Source of the DNA: Lingula anatina
Lineage: Eukaryota > Animalia > Brachiopoda
NCBI GenBank assembly: GCA_051362555.1
Contig: CM120642.1
Location: 19,964,001 to 20,028,000 of the forward strand
Length of the DNA stretch: 64,000 bases
Direction: 5' to 3'
The stretch's first letter is position 1, and each line of letters opens with the position of its first letter. Position numbers and translations under genes: made by a program. The notes beneath the pieces were generated by a model that saw only the letters and a program-made list of their open reading frames with translations, was not told the DNA's origin and did not search any database. Of the stretch, positions 26,501 to 62,893 are shown in pieces.

Positions 26501-28748
26501 TTGATGAGGAGTACAGACTGGCAGTGGCCCTTATTCTCATCTTGTGGGTCTCGGCTATAACTTCCAGCTTCATTGACAACATTCCCTTTACAACTGCTAT
26601 GGTAAGAATGCAGACTTGGCAAGGTTAAGATCTGCCAAGGAGGTTATGTGTTTATCTTGGAGTCCGTTTGTTTGTTCGTCACTAGCCAAACTCAGAAAGT
26701 TAATTTTCAGGATAGGGCTCACTTCAGAGTGATTTGGGTCCTGATCCATTTATTAGGTTATTTATTTATTTATGGTTAGTTATATAGTTATAAGTTATAA
26801 TCAGTCTGTCTGCCTGTTTAAGCAACATTATGCAGAATGTTACAGAGGGATTGTGGTGAAATTTTGGTTGGAATTTGGCTATATTTGACTGGTTATTAAG
26901 TAGCAAGTTAATTAATAAGTTTATTAATTAGTCATGTAATTAATTATCCAGTTATTAATAATGTTGAAACTTTAACCAATTATTTAGTTAATAATTAATT
27001 TGTTATAATATAGATTTGGTTAATTAATTGATTAACTAAGTAATAAATGGTTTATGACAATTGAGCTGCCTTGGTGGGGGGTCTATGCTCTGAGTGCTTA
27101 TCTATATTTTTTAATTTAATAATGTTACAGCATTTATATATTGCTATAAATAATACCTTAATAATATGGTTGATTCATGTATTACTAACAGTTGTTATAG
27201 ATAATATCTTGAAAATAGGCTTGATTATGTCTTACCAACTCTTTTTTATTTCTATTTCAAGATTCCTGTTGTGATTCATATTGAAGAAAGTATTCAGCTT
27301 CCTATAGAACCAATGGTGTGGGCTCTAGCATTTGGAGCTTGTCTTGGAGGTAATTGCTGAGAGTGATACCTTTTGACCATGCATTTTATTATATGATTTT
27401 CTCCCTTTTCTTCTTTTTAGAGCTTCTCTTCTCAAAAAAAAGTCCATTAACCAAGTTGTATATCAGTCAAGAGTTTAATAATTTAAATTCATATTAAAAG
27501 TAATAGGTTTTTGAACCAACTTGTCAATACGCTTTGGGAAAGGTAAAATTTTATTGGGCTCTTTATGTATAATTAGTATGTGTCCATGTAGTCAGTAGCA
27601 AGGTGATTTTGGAATTGTAGCAATATATTGACCCTAATATTTGTATATTAAGCAGTTCAATATAATACTATATGAATATATGTAAAGTCTGTTGAACTGT
27701 CAAGGATAAATTATGTGGGATATGGGTACAGTCTGTGATACACAAATGTTTATTATTATTATTATCCTCTCTCTCCCCCCAGGCAATGGGACCCTGATTG
27801 GTGCTTCCTGCAATGTTGTGTGTGCTGGCATTGCAGAACAGCATGGATATGGCTTCACTTTTGTAGAGTTCTTCAAGTGAGTTCTTAAAAGATAACCAAA
27901 TATTTTATTTAAAAAAAACTCTTAATGCATACTTGTATGGCTTTCATCTTTTTAAAAGTTTTTATATATATGTTTGATTGGTGGTTGTATATGTTATATG
28001 TAGGGACCATTCCCAGACCCTCTTGATGTTACTGTGGATCGATCTATCTCCAAGGGGATTCTCACTAAATTGCAATCAACTTAAGTTGCTTAGATGTTAG
28101 CTGCTAGGGGGTAATTGGTTATCATTTAGCAGCTTAAGTAGGCATGTCCAGACATCTAAGCTGCTTAAACTGAAAGCAATTTAGCGAGAAACCCCTCAGA
28201 GATGGATCGATCCTGTTAGATCAATCTAGGTATGGGAACCCAGTATTAGACACGGCTAACGCTTCTTCAGTTTATGTATTATAAGTGCACAACTAACAGA
28301 GATGTGTTGCATCCAAATGGGGCAGTCTTATTTTCTGAATCGAAAAAATGCTTCTCAAGACTGCTGTTCCTGTATTATTTGACAAAATATCCAAACAATG
28401 GTATAATTTTATAATATTTGATGATTATTTAACACAAGTTGAGAATATTTTCGTACTGTTAGCTTGCGGCAAACCTGGACATAGGGCTTCATCATACCAA
28501 TGTGAATTATAACTCACTGACCAGTAGTTGGAATAACTATATAGCCAACAGTCTGAAATTATTTTCAGCTTGTGTTAAATAATTCTCATATTTTATCCAA
28601 CTTCCAAGCGAATGAACATTTTTCCTCAATTGTACAATTGTTATTCTGTTATTTTCTCAGGGTTGGTTTTCCTATGATGCTGGTGACTACCTTTTTTGCA
28701 ATGTGCTATCTTCTTGTGTGTCATATAGCCATTGGCTGGAATGGCTAG
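17585..28748 (+). CDS. OCA2: P protein / OCA2 (ArsB/NhaD-SLC13-like ion transporter of melanosomes and lysosome-related organelles)
   Basis: Exons: 17557(ATG 17585)-17724, 18726-18897, 19388-19460, 19667-19833, 20438-20538, 21096-21249, 21386-21457, 21867-21989, 22275-22399, 23500-23638, 24096-24231, 24502-24646, 24913-24964, 25185-25293, 26073-26200, 26437-26601, 27262-27349, 27783-27876, 28661-28748(TAG). Diagnostic peptides: [128 protein letters not shown]. Confidence 0.96.
17731..17983. mobile_element. MITE family A copy, 6 nt after an OCA2 exon end
   Basis: gggaccattccc...ggatcgatctataggcatgggaatccagtct; homologous to 11201-11456. Confidence 0.75.
23694..23861. mobile_element. MITE family B (~168 bp)
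   Basis: Imperfect TIR caggggtggat / atctgcccctg; homologous to 4935, 34224 and 45438. Confidence 0.8.
26628..27105 (+). mobile_element. Short Helentron/DINE-like element family C
   Basis: 5' tctgccaaggaggttatg followed by (gttt/gtct)n, and 3' ccttggtggggggtctatgctctgagtgctt. Same ends as 33746-33982. Boundaries approximate. Confidence 0.6.
28003..28244. mobile_element. MITE family A copy
   Basis: gggaccattcccagaccc...gatggatcgatcctgttagatcaatctaggtatgggaacccagt. Confidence 0.8.
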
Positions 28749-31700
28749 TACAAAATGACCACAATCTTGACCGTTCGGCAAAACTAGTGGACCATAGATT
28801 GATTCTCATTGTCAAACTGGGGATATGGAAAATGACGGGAGATTTGAGTCAGTTGACTTGGGCCTAATAGTAAGAAAACCACATCTTTTTAAACTATAAG
28901 AACAAAATAGGATTTATACTGGATGGTGCTCAGGTTTGTTATTTTCTCTGTGAAAGACTTTCGTTGTGGAAAGTGTTGGATCATAGGTGCACTGTCCAGC
29001 ATACATATATCGAAGGAAAATCGCTATCGACGATGGATCAAAATGAAAGTACACATTTCAAGACATTTAAAAGGTACTGCATATGAAGAACAATGTATGA
29101 TATGAAAGTTAATATAACATGCTGGTTTTTTCAAGTTAAAGAAATACTTGAAATTGAGAACAATTGATATTGTTGGTGAGGTTAATGTTCAAGTACTTAG
29201 TGATTCCAAGTTGCATATCATATTACAAGTCTTCTTGTATTTATTAGTACTATTACAGTAAGATTTTCTTGTATTATATTGAATATTCAACTTTCATATA
29301 TCATTAAAACAAACATATCAACATGAAAGGAAAACAGTAGAAGTTCTCTAGATAGAAGATACTCCATATTTTACAGATAGGAAGTTATTGAACTCAAAAT
29401 AGCAGAGTGCATGTTATAAAAAATGTCACAAATGCTTTAAGAACTGACCAATATGTGGATAATATTTTATTTAATATGTGATATTAGACAAAAGATTAGA
29501 TAAAGTATGGTTTAGTATTGCAGGGTGAGGGTGTTTAATGAACTGACATGGTTCTAGATTTATATTTACCATAAATGATGCTTTAAATTTTGTGATCTTC
29601 CACATTATGTAAATAATTATTGCTTATTTCCATCTTATTGTAATTAAATTATTGATTTACATAATGATGATGTCATCAGTGGGGCAGGTGCTTTGAAGGC
29701 CACACAGGGACAGATATGTTGCAAACATGTTACATTCTTTACAAGGAAAAAATACTGTTTGGTGTTGTGAGAGCTATAGCTAAGATACATAAAAATACAG
29801 TGCAATGGAATTACGCAATCAGAAGTAAATTATATGTGAAGAGGTACACTTTTCAGTGATATTATAAGTGACAGAGCACACTTGTTTTCAGGTATATGAA
29901 ATATAAATGTCATATAAACCAGCTACATGTTACTTGAAGTTTTTGTTTCTCACTTAGAATATTTTGCCTGATTGTTTTTCTTCCTTTATCATTTTTAGTT
30001 GGAAGAATTTGTGGTCATTTGCAAAAGGGATTATGAGCATCTTGCAAGCGATATTATAATTATTATTATTAATATTATTATTATTATTATATGAGCTGTT
30101 TATGGAATTAAATTATCTTAGACATCGATTCTGTTCAGCATATTTAACTAATAGAACTGATAAGAGATTTCTTTGTCAGTAGTATGTATTTATATATTTA
30201 CATACACTGCAGTAGCACATGCTTGGACAAATCAGGACATTAACTGAAGAGAATATTGAATGGAAAACTTATTATTTTTTCAAATATTTTTTTTTCTTTT
30301 TGAATATGGTATACAAACCAAATATGTGATGGTTATACTTAAAGGACAATTAATTTTTATAAATCATATGAACAACCCTTGACTATCATTATGTGAATGC
30401 ATTTTATATCAATGGTCATAAGTCTGTCATATTTTGCAGTATGAATTGATTTTTTTTCCCGGAAATTAGAAGAACCTGTGATACAAAGATGAGCATGAAT
30501 AGTAATACATTCCACTTATATAATATTTCTATGATTTATTTATTGATTTATTCATTGATATTATATGATTATGAGTTTTGTTCCTTTTTTTATGTACAGA
30601 CACAGATGTGTCTGTACATATAGCCATCATCTGCGTCTGTCGTCGCCGTCGTCGCCGTCGCTGTGCACTTTTACCGATAACACGATAAGTGGAAAACCAT
30701 TTTGCCTTTTGATTTGAAACTTACAGTACCGATGAATATTCATAATACGCAGGTCGAGTTCGAAAATCAGCATGATCGGGTCACTTATAGGGAATTTATG
30801 CTGTTTTTTCACTTTTTTCAGCATATATGCAGCACCGATAACACGATAAGTGGAAAACCATTTTACCTTTTGGCTTGAAACTTACAGAACTGATGAATAT
30901 TCATAATACGCAGGTCAAGTTCGAAAATCAGCGTGATTGGGTCATTTTTAGTGAATTTAGGCTATTTTTTCTCTTTTTTCAGCATATATGCAGCACCGAT
31001 AACACCATAAATGGAAAACCATTTGACCTTTTGGCTTGAAACCTACAGAACTGATGAATATTCATAATACGCAGGTCAAGTTCGAAAATCAGCATGATTG
31101 GGTCATTTTTAGTGAATTTAGGCTATTTTTTCACTTTTTTTCAGCATTTTTGCAACACTGATAACACAATAAATGAAGAGCTGTTTTACCCTTTGGCTTG
31201 AAACTTACAGAACTGATAAATATTCATAATACGCAGGTCAAGTTTGAAAATCAGCACGATCGGGTCACTTATAGGGAATTTATGCTGTTTTTTTTTCACT
31301 TTTTTCAGTATATATGCAACACTGATAACACAATATAAGAAAAACAGATTGGCCAATTGTCATTATACTCACAGGAGGGGCCAATCTTACTAAAACGCAG
31401 GTTGAGTTTGAAAATCAGCATAATCAGTCCATTATTTTAAAAGGTAATGCTGTTTTTTCACATTTCCTCACATTCAATTCTTAGGCATGTTAACAGTCTC
31501 ATTATTGAACTAATAAGATACGTAAATGTGTTTGTTTGGCATTTCCTGCATCTTTACAACATTGTTAGTTGATTTTGTAAAAATGATGGTAAACTTGTTA
31601 TCATGTATTGTGTAATAAAGTGTCAAAAATGGAAATAAACTCATATCATTGCAGTTTGTCAGATGCATTCATCCACTATGTTCAGAATCTCAGAATGGAG

Positions 31701-33623
31701 GAAGTTGGGCATTTAAAACTGTTCTATTGATACTTTTCCCATCTCATCAATTTTCTTCATTGGTCATATAAAAATGGCAGTAAACTGTTTATTTTGTTTT
31801 ATGTTTAAAAAGTGTTAAAAATGGAAATAAACCCATTTCAGAACAGTGCTGTATTGTTTACATTTTGGCATTTTCAATATGTGACTTTGAAGTTCCATGG
31901 GCCTGAAGGCTTTTGCTAGTCACATTTTCTGAATAACCATGATACTAATATTTTATAATTAAAAATTGATGGTCATTATGCTGTAAAACATTATGTAATA
32001 TTGCATGAAAATTTGAAGAAACCCCTATTTTGGGCACTGCTCCCAAGATGACCATTTAAGGAAAATCATGTCACTTACTGTTCTCAAACTTACAGGAAAG
32101 AAACATGGGACTAAAATACAGCTCCAGTAGGCAATGCAGTCTGTTTGGTAAATTTTTCTGGCAATTACACAGTTTTTTGTGAAAATTTAATTTTTCACTT
32201 ATTGGCATTTTCAAGGTGTGACTTTGAAGTTCCATGATCCTGACGACCTTTGCTTGTCACATTTCCTGAATATCCGTGATACTAATATTTTATAATTAAA
32301 AATTGATGGTCATTATGCTGTTAAAAATTATGTAATGTTGCATCAAAATTTGAAGAAACCCCTATTTTGGGCACTGCTCCCATGATGACCATTTAACAAA
32401 AATCATGTCAATTACTGTTCTCAAACTTACAGGAAAGAAACATGGGTCTAAAATACAGCTTCAGTAGGCAATGCAGTCTGTTTGGTAAATTTTTCTGGCA
32501 ATTAAACAGTTTTTTGTGAAAATTTAATTTTTCACATATTGACATTTCCAAGGTGCGACTTAGAACCTCCACGGGCTTGAAGGCCCGTGCTAGTCACATT
32601 TTGTGAAAATCCATGACACTTATATTTTATTATTAAAAATCGATGGTCATTATGCTGTTAAGCATTATGTAATGTTGCATCAAAATAGAAGAAAACACAA
32701 TTTTTGGTGCTGCTGCCTTGATGACCATTATGGAAAAACCATGTTACTTATGACTGTCAAACTTTCAAAAAAGAAACACAGGACTAAAATGCAGCCTGAG
32801 TTAGAAAAGCAGTCTAATTGGCTTCTTTTTCTGGAAGTTATACATTTTAGTGTTATATTCATTATCTTTTTTGGCATATTCATTGTGGGACTCGGAGCTC
32901 CCATGGACATGAAACCAAATGGTAATCATATTTTCTACATGTCCATCCTATTTATAGTCAATAAACAAAAATTGGTGATAATTATTCTCTAATTTATTAT
33001 GTAATGTTACATCAAAATTGACAATCTTTTCGCACTGCTACTGCAAACATTATGAAAAGAAAACTGTGCTACTTATTATAATTTTAAACTTACAAGTACG
33101 ATTTTTAGGATTGGCCTTCAGCTCATGAGAAAACCAGCTCTATTGGATTATCATGTTTATTGTATTTATGCATTTTTTGTGAAATTTTCATTTTTCTCAA
33201 TCTGGCACTTTCTAAGTATAAACTTGAACTCTGATGGGCCTGAAGCCTTATGCTTTTACTTTCGTCTGTGTTACCTGTTGTGCATAAGTTGATGTTGACT
33301 GTGCAGTTAAACATAATGTATTATTGCATCAGGATTGGTATTCTCCTATTTTGGGCATTATGGTTTTGTGCTTTTCTTAAGGTGTGACTTATGGGCCTGA
33401 AGACCTTTGAGTGGGTCAGTCTGTAAATTACCCTTGGGTATCACTGGATTAATTTCAGAGTTATAAAGTCATTTGCTTTATAGGCCATTAAATGAGATTA
33501 CGTAAAGCACACTTGTTGATATTTCCCTGTAAACTCCCAAAGGTAAAGCTCTTTGCTAGATTAATAATAAGGAAGCAGTGATAATTATGCAGGTAAATTT
33601 TGTTTAATATTGCAAATAAGTTT

Positions 33624-33626
<3 letters not shown>

Positions 33627-33698
<72 letters not shown>
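33627..33698. repeat. (TA)n microsatellite
   Basis: Uninterrupted AT dinucleotide run; the counterpart in copy 2 lies at ~46120-46176. Confidence 0.95.
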
Positions 33699-33700
<2 letters not shown>

Positions 33701-33745
33701 AACTGGAAGATTAAAAGTTTGAATAGCAGCTTCATTGGAATTATA

Positions 33746-33982
33746 TTTACCTCAAGCTCTGCCAAGGAGGTTATATTTTCACCCCTGTTTGTCTGTCATC
33801 CACATAACACAAAAAGTTATGGACTGATTTTGCAGAAATTTTCAGGAACTGTCGGAAGTGGGCCAAAGAGGACAATGATTAATTTTTGGTGGTGGTCCGG
33901 ATCAATAATCAATCAATTATCAATAATAATCAACAATTGCTGCCTTGGCAGAGGTCTGCACTCTCAAAGTGCTTTTCTAGTT
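33746..33982 (+). mobile_element. Family C short element nested in HINE copy 1
   Basis: ctctgccaaggaggttat...gtttgtctgtc...ccttggcagaggtctgcactctcaaagtgcttttctagtt. Subterminal inverted repeat ctctgccaagg/ccttggcagag plus 3' hairpin gcact...agtgc. Confidence 0.7.
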
Positions 33983-34223
33983 TTGTTGTTTTTCTTTATA
34001 ATTTTTTCTCAAACACTTGCATTTGTGACTTTTAGCCCCAGGCAGGCTCTCATCTGCCTGGGGCTCTGCACATTTTCTGTATTTCTACATAAGCAGTTGT
34101 ATTGTTTTTTATGTCTTTAAACATTATGTAATATTATTTTATGCACTGTCATCATTTTTCAAATATTGAGACTTTCATAATGTGAATTTGAACTCTCATG
34201 GTCCTGAAACTGTAATCTTATTG

Positions 34224-34390
34224 AAGGGGTGGATTGAGACCATCTTCTGGGTCTTCCGGAAGACAGTCAGGTTATTAAGTTTATATTGACTGGTATCTAT
34301 TTTTTTCTGTTGGAAGACCATCAAAATGGAGGATGGATCAACATAGATACTTTGTAATACTGTCAGAAAATATCTCTGGGTCCGCTCCTG
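34224..34390. mobile_element. MITE family B nested in HINE copy 1, 6-bp TSD TTATTG
   Basis: ttattg|aaggggtggattgag...tccgctcctg|ttattg. The same insertion is in copy 2 at 45438-45604, flanked by caataa. Confidence 0.85.
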
Positions 34391-35129
34391 TTATTGACCA
34401 TGTTACCTGTTGTGCAAGATTAAAATTCAGTGTTGACTGACAGTGCTATTATAAGCATTATTTATTATTGCATCAAAATTGACAAAATGACCTTTTTTGC
34501 ATCTTTATTTTCTGTTTTTTGTCTGTACATTTGACAGCTTTGCTGCCTTGTTCTTAAGTTTATTACTAAAACTTGCTATTTTCTACCCTTTGGCTGCAAA
34601 TTAAAATCTGTTGACAGTTAAGATTTTATTTTACTTGTGTGTATGGATTCCATATCCTGTGTGGAAAATGGAGAAGTAAAATTATGTTAAATATGCTGAA
34701 TTAAACATGCTGAATGTAAAGGCTGTAGTATATGGCATTATACAATACCTTTGGAAGTGAAGATGGTTAACATAGCTGATTTTGTTGTTGATATTTATAT
34801 GAAATGAAGTAAACATTATTTGCAAAGATTAATCGACTGTCTGTTATTTTCATTCTAAGTTGTACTGTACTTTCTGTGCGAAGTGGAGAATAAAAAAATG
34901 ACAATGTTTGTTATGTGTGATGAATAGCTGATGGGGGGAGATATAAAATGCTGCTATTTCACCTAAAGGCAGTAGCCAAAAGCAAATAGCTCTGAACACG
35001 GCAAACTTTGCTTCAAACGGGAATAAATTGACTCAGTGCTTCCTGCATATTGAGGTAGTCGCACCGAAAGTGTTTTTGTTGGGGTGAATTTGATGCTGAA
35101 ATTATTCTTAAATGTGTATCTGATGCAGA

Positions 35130-36598
35130 ATGGTTAATAGGTTGAATCGAAGAAGATGGATAATCCGCGTAGGAGGCTTTTTCATCTTAGTCCTGGTTTT
35201 CTACGCCCATCGTAGGATGCAGATAATACGTGGAGATGTTTTAAAAAGTCCCAGGAATGAAGTTTTCCCTGAGGAGCAAGCACCCGTGTTTGTTGCGGCT
35301 GAGGTAGTGTAGTCAATAAGTGTAATGTGGGGTTGCATTTTATCTTAAAAAAACATGCTATTTTCTACTATTTTTGTTCGTTTTTTTACTCATACTATTA
35401 TTAATGACTTTACACTCTTAAGCTGTTTAGGGAGTGAAACCGCGCTTCAAGACTCAGGCAGTGCGACCTTTCTTTCTTGTTAGACAGAGAACCGCCTGCA
35501 TAACATTGACAAGCTGACACAGACCCTGGGCACCTGCAATATGTAGTTCCCTTTAATGAGAATAGAAAAAGACAAAATAGAAGAATATATGAAAAATATA
35601 TAGCAATGGGGAGTTTAATGTGATGTTGGGAGTGCACAGTGCTACAAGTGTGTCTATTTGCTTTTTCGCTTCTTTAAAACATGCTTTCTTTGCAGGTTAC
35701 CGGCCCGACGGGTCAGATATCTGCAGGGAGTTCTCTAGATAGTTTTGCTACTGCCCCATGTGGCCAAGTTTGCGATTACAATTTGCACCGAAAAGAAGGA
35801 GAAACGTATCTTAAAAAGGATTTTAATTGTCTTGCGCTCTTTCGGAGAATGAAACACCCTCCTGGAAAAGTGTATGATCCACCATTACGAAAACCACCCC
35901 CGGAATTAGTGGAGGCATTCACACAGAATGGAGAACTCGATCTAGAATTCTGGTACTGGAACTTTAAGAATTATCATCATGTTACATTGTTCAATAAAAC
36001 CTTTATTGACACATTAATCAAAAACGATAAAAACAAGAAAATGATTGGGGCATATGGACATGAAAGTGCAGGTTTAAAGGAATTACTACAAAAATATGCT
36101 GCAGAATTGAACGGTAAATCAGGAATCGTAATTGGTACACAACACCCCTGGGTGGAAGTGATGTTGCTGAACGTCGGAGTAAATCATGTGACAACCGTAG
36201 ATTACAATACAATTACCATAGAGCACCCAAATATCTCTGTAATATCAGTGACTAACTTGGCAGAGAAAAATCTGGATGGGAGATTCCAACCAGCAGACTT
36301 CGCCGTTTCTTTTTCCTCCATTGAACACGCGGGCCTGGGACGATATGGCGACCCTCTCAATCCTTACGGGGACCTCGAATCTGCAGCACAAACATGGTGC
36401 ATGCTTAAACCTGGGGGTCTTTTCTTCCTGGGTGTTCCTGCCAACTTTGGGAAACGCAAGGGCAAAATACGGTTTAATGGAGATCGCATTTATGGCGAGG
36501 CGAGACTGGAGCACCTTACGGCAAATTTTCTGGAACTTGAACGTCGACCTTTTGAGTATGATAGTATAATTACTCTGAGGAAACCTTTATCAGTTTGA
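35130..36598 (+). CDS. DUF268-family protein (putative SAM-dependent methyltransferase fold) with N-terminal signal anchor, ~358 aa, 2 exons
   Basis: Exon 1 35130-35303 (MVNRLNRRRWIIRVGGFFILVLVFYAH..., donor GAG|gtagtg) joins in frame to exon 2 35696-36598 (after tttgcag). Motifs VIGTQHPWVE, TTVDY, FAVSFSSIEHAGLGRYGDPLNPYGD, CMLKPGGLFFLGVP and FNGDRIYG are those I recognise from DUF268 proteins. Confidence 0.85.
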
Positions 36599-37590
36599 CA
36601 TGTCTATTTCGAAAAAAACCTTTGGTTTGAGAATATATATACTTGGAGAGAGACCATTCAGAGGTGTTTCTGTTGACCTTGCCAAGCCATGTACTTAACC
36701 GTACCTATATTTGCAAAATAATAGATTCGCACATTGTGAACTATCCACATGCGGTTTAAATGTGTATCTGTGAAAACATGGACTTCATTTTACCAATGAA
36801 TCATAATAGATAATTATTAGTGAGCTTCTCAATTAATACGCTGGTATATTCAGTCTGTAACATTTAGCCTCGACCAAAGTAGAAATACATTTTAATGTAG
36901 AAATACAATTTTAAAAAGTTGGAATCGGAGGGATTGTTCAAAACATTTTAAAACATTTTTTACTGTCAAATACTTTCTTGAAACATGACCACATATGCAT
37001 AAAATCTGCTCGGTTTTATGTAGCGTTTTCTGCGTCTTGTCCTCCTATCCAAAATTTCTGCTGTTTAATAAATGAATAAATGAACAAATAAATCCGTAAC
37101 TCTCCTGAATGCACTGTCAGCTTACTTACACTCTAAAATGAACGTCATATAATGGAAGCGTTCACAATGAGGATGAGGATCCAATATGTTCACCTTCGGC
37201 CGATAACAATCAAGCTGTACCAAAGCCTATGCTTACTAGATAAAGTGACATAAATGATAATTAAATAGGCTTACTTGGGGGGGGGGGGGGGCGGATGAAG
37301 ACCAGTAAGGCGTTGGCCTAATTAGTACCAAAGGGACAACAATTAGCTCTGTCGACCAACCAAATAGCGGCATACTACTCAAAACAGCAGCATTGGGAAA
37401 GTGAAGAAGAACCAAAGTAAGTTTCGTGGATTTTTCTCTTCGTCTTATTCAACTTAAAGAACAAAAATGGGTATATCGTGAAGCTGTATGGTTCTAAGGT
37501 ACATGTAGGCGAGTTTTCAAGTGTATAGATGTCAGTCACTCGATAAGTCACCCTTTTATGCGATCAAATATCTTTCGAAATAACACTGAT

Positions 37591-37758
37591 CAGGCCCGTA
37601 GCCAGGGGGGGTTCGGGGGGTTCGAAAGAACCGCCCCTTTTGCTTGGAAAAGGTCCACTCTGGGTAAAATTTGATCTAGGTACATGAAGTTTTTATGGAA
37701 AAAGGTCCACTTTTTCAGAAAAAGAACCCCCCTTTTGAAATTGCTGGCTACGGGCCTG
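37591..37758. mobile_element. MITE, 168 bp, 6-bp TSD ACTGAT
   Basis: actgat|caggcccgtagccag...ctggctacgggcctg|actgat; perfect 15-bp TIR. Confidence 0.9.
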
Positions 37759-38849
37759 ACTGATTCATCAGAAGTTTTTAATGGCGGGTGATATTATATT
37801 TTCGGTTAGAATCAGAATGGACAGGGCACGTTTATTCCTATTTGCTGCTGGCAAGGAAGCGTGTGTACATAGTTTACGTGCTTGGAATGCGTTATCCAAG
37901 GGGGATGTTTAGCTAATATAAATCAGTGTGTGGGAGTGTGTGTGTGTGTGAAATATGGTTTTAATCAATGCTTATTCATCAGCCCAAGGACCCTGTTTTG
38001 CGCGTTTCTAGATCGATCTTTTCTATCAGTGGCGGATTTAGGGTGGTATGGGGGGGGGGGGGGGGTCTTGAGCCTCTTTCAGTTTCTGAAAAAAAATCAC
38101 ACCAATTTGTAAAATCAAACGATGAGAGTCATAAAGATGATGAAATAAAGCAAGGAAAAGAAATATTGCAAGATGGATTAACTTGAAATTGGTTTTATAA
38201 TGGTTTTATTAATGAATATAAAATGGTACATTCGAAGTATGTGAAATTTAGCACATGTTGAGTAGACCCTTTAATTATTCAAATCCTCTGGAGGGCAAAT
38301 ATCCTTGTTATACCCACGTGTGATTAACAAAAGCCCGGACATACAGCATAAATTATGCAGTTCGCTTTTGTCATACTCTGAACTTTGAATGTCACCTCTT
38401 TACAAATTTGACAAGAAACATCACCAGATAAGGATATATTAGGTGTCACAGTGAAAATCAACTATCACTTCAACATGTCTCCTCTTGACATTTCGAAATA
38501 TTTTAAAAATTAAAAATATGTCAGGAGTTTATAATATTTCAAGCTAGATTGTGTTAAACCATGCATTTGTAGCTTTCATTTGTATAAAACTGCATGTTAC
38601 AGTCAAGAAATATCTACAAGTTGCTTTTTCTCAGGCAAAAAGTTACTGTTTTCGTGAATTACAAAATGACAGACGATTGATGCAAGTATTCCATGCTCTT
38701 TTCAGCTTGGAAAAATGACAAGAAAAAAATGTTTTGCCTCGATTCCCCCCCCCCCCCCATGTAAAATCCTTGTGTCACCAGTGATGTCAGAAAACCACAC
38801 ATCACAAAGCCTTTGATTGAAAAAAAAGACTTCCCATTCTTCTTGCGTT

Positions 38850-62893
<24,044 letters not shown>

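Larger units (their letters stand above)
30585..34551 (+). mobile_element. Non-autonomous Helentron/DINE-1-like (HINE) element with internal tandem arrays, copy 1 (~3.97 kb)
   Basis: 5' T-run, perfect hairpin atgtacagacaca-ga-tgtgtctgtacat, (gtc/gcc)n microsatellite, ~161-bp array (unit starts ~30674, 30835, 30996, 31157, 31322), ~337-bp array (~31865, 32202, 32539, 32871), 3' subterminal repeat tgtctgtacat (34520-34530), then the short hairpin gacagc-ttt-gctgcc and ttgt. Near-identical inverted copy at 45277-48609. Confidence 0.85.

Noticed and set aside
32603-34120. ORFs 32603-32992, 33123-33314, 33719-34120 and their twins at 45736-47176 as duplicated small genes
   Set aside because: They lie inside the repeated non-coding element, show no protein motifs, and differ by frameshifts between the copies.
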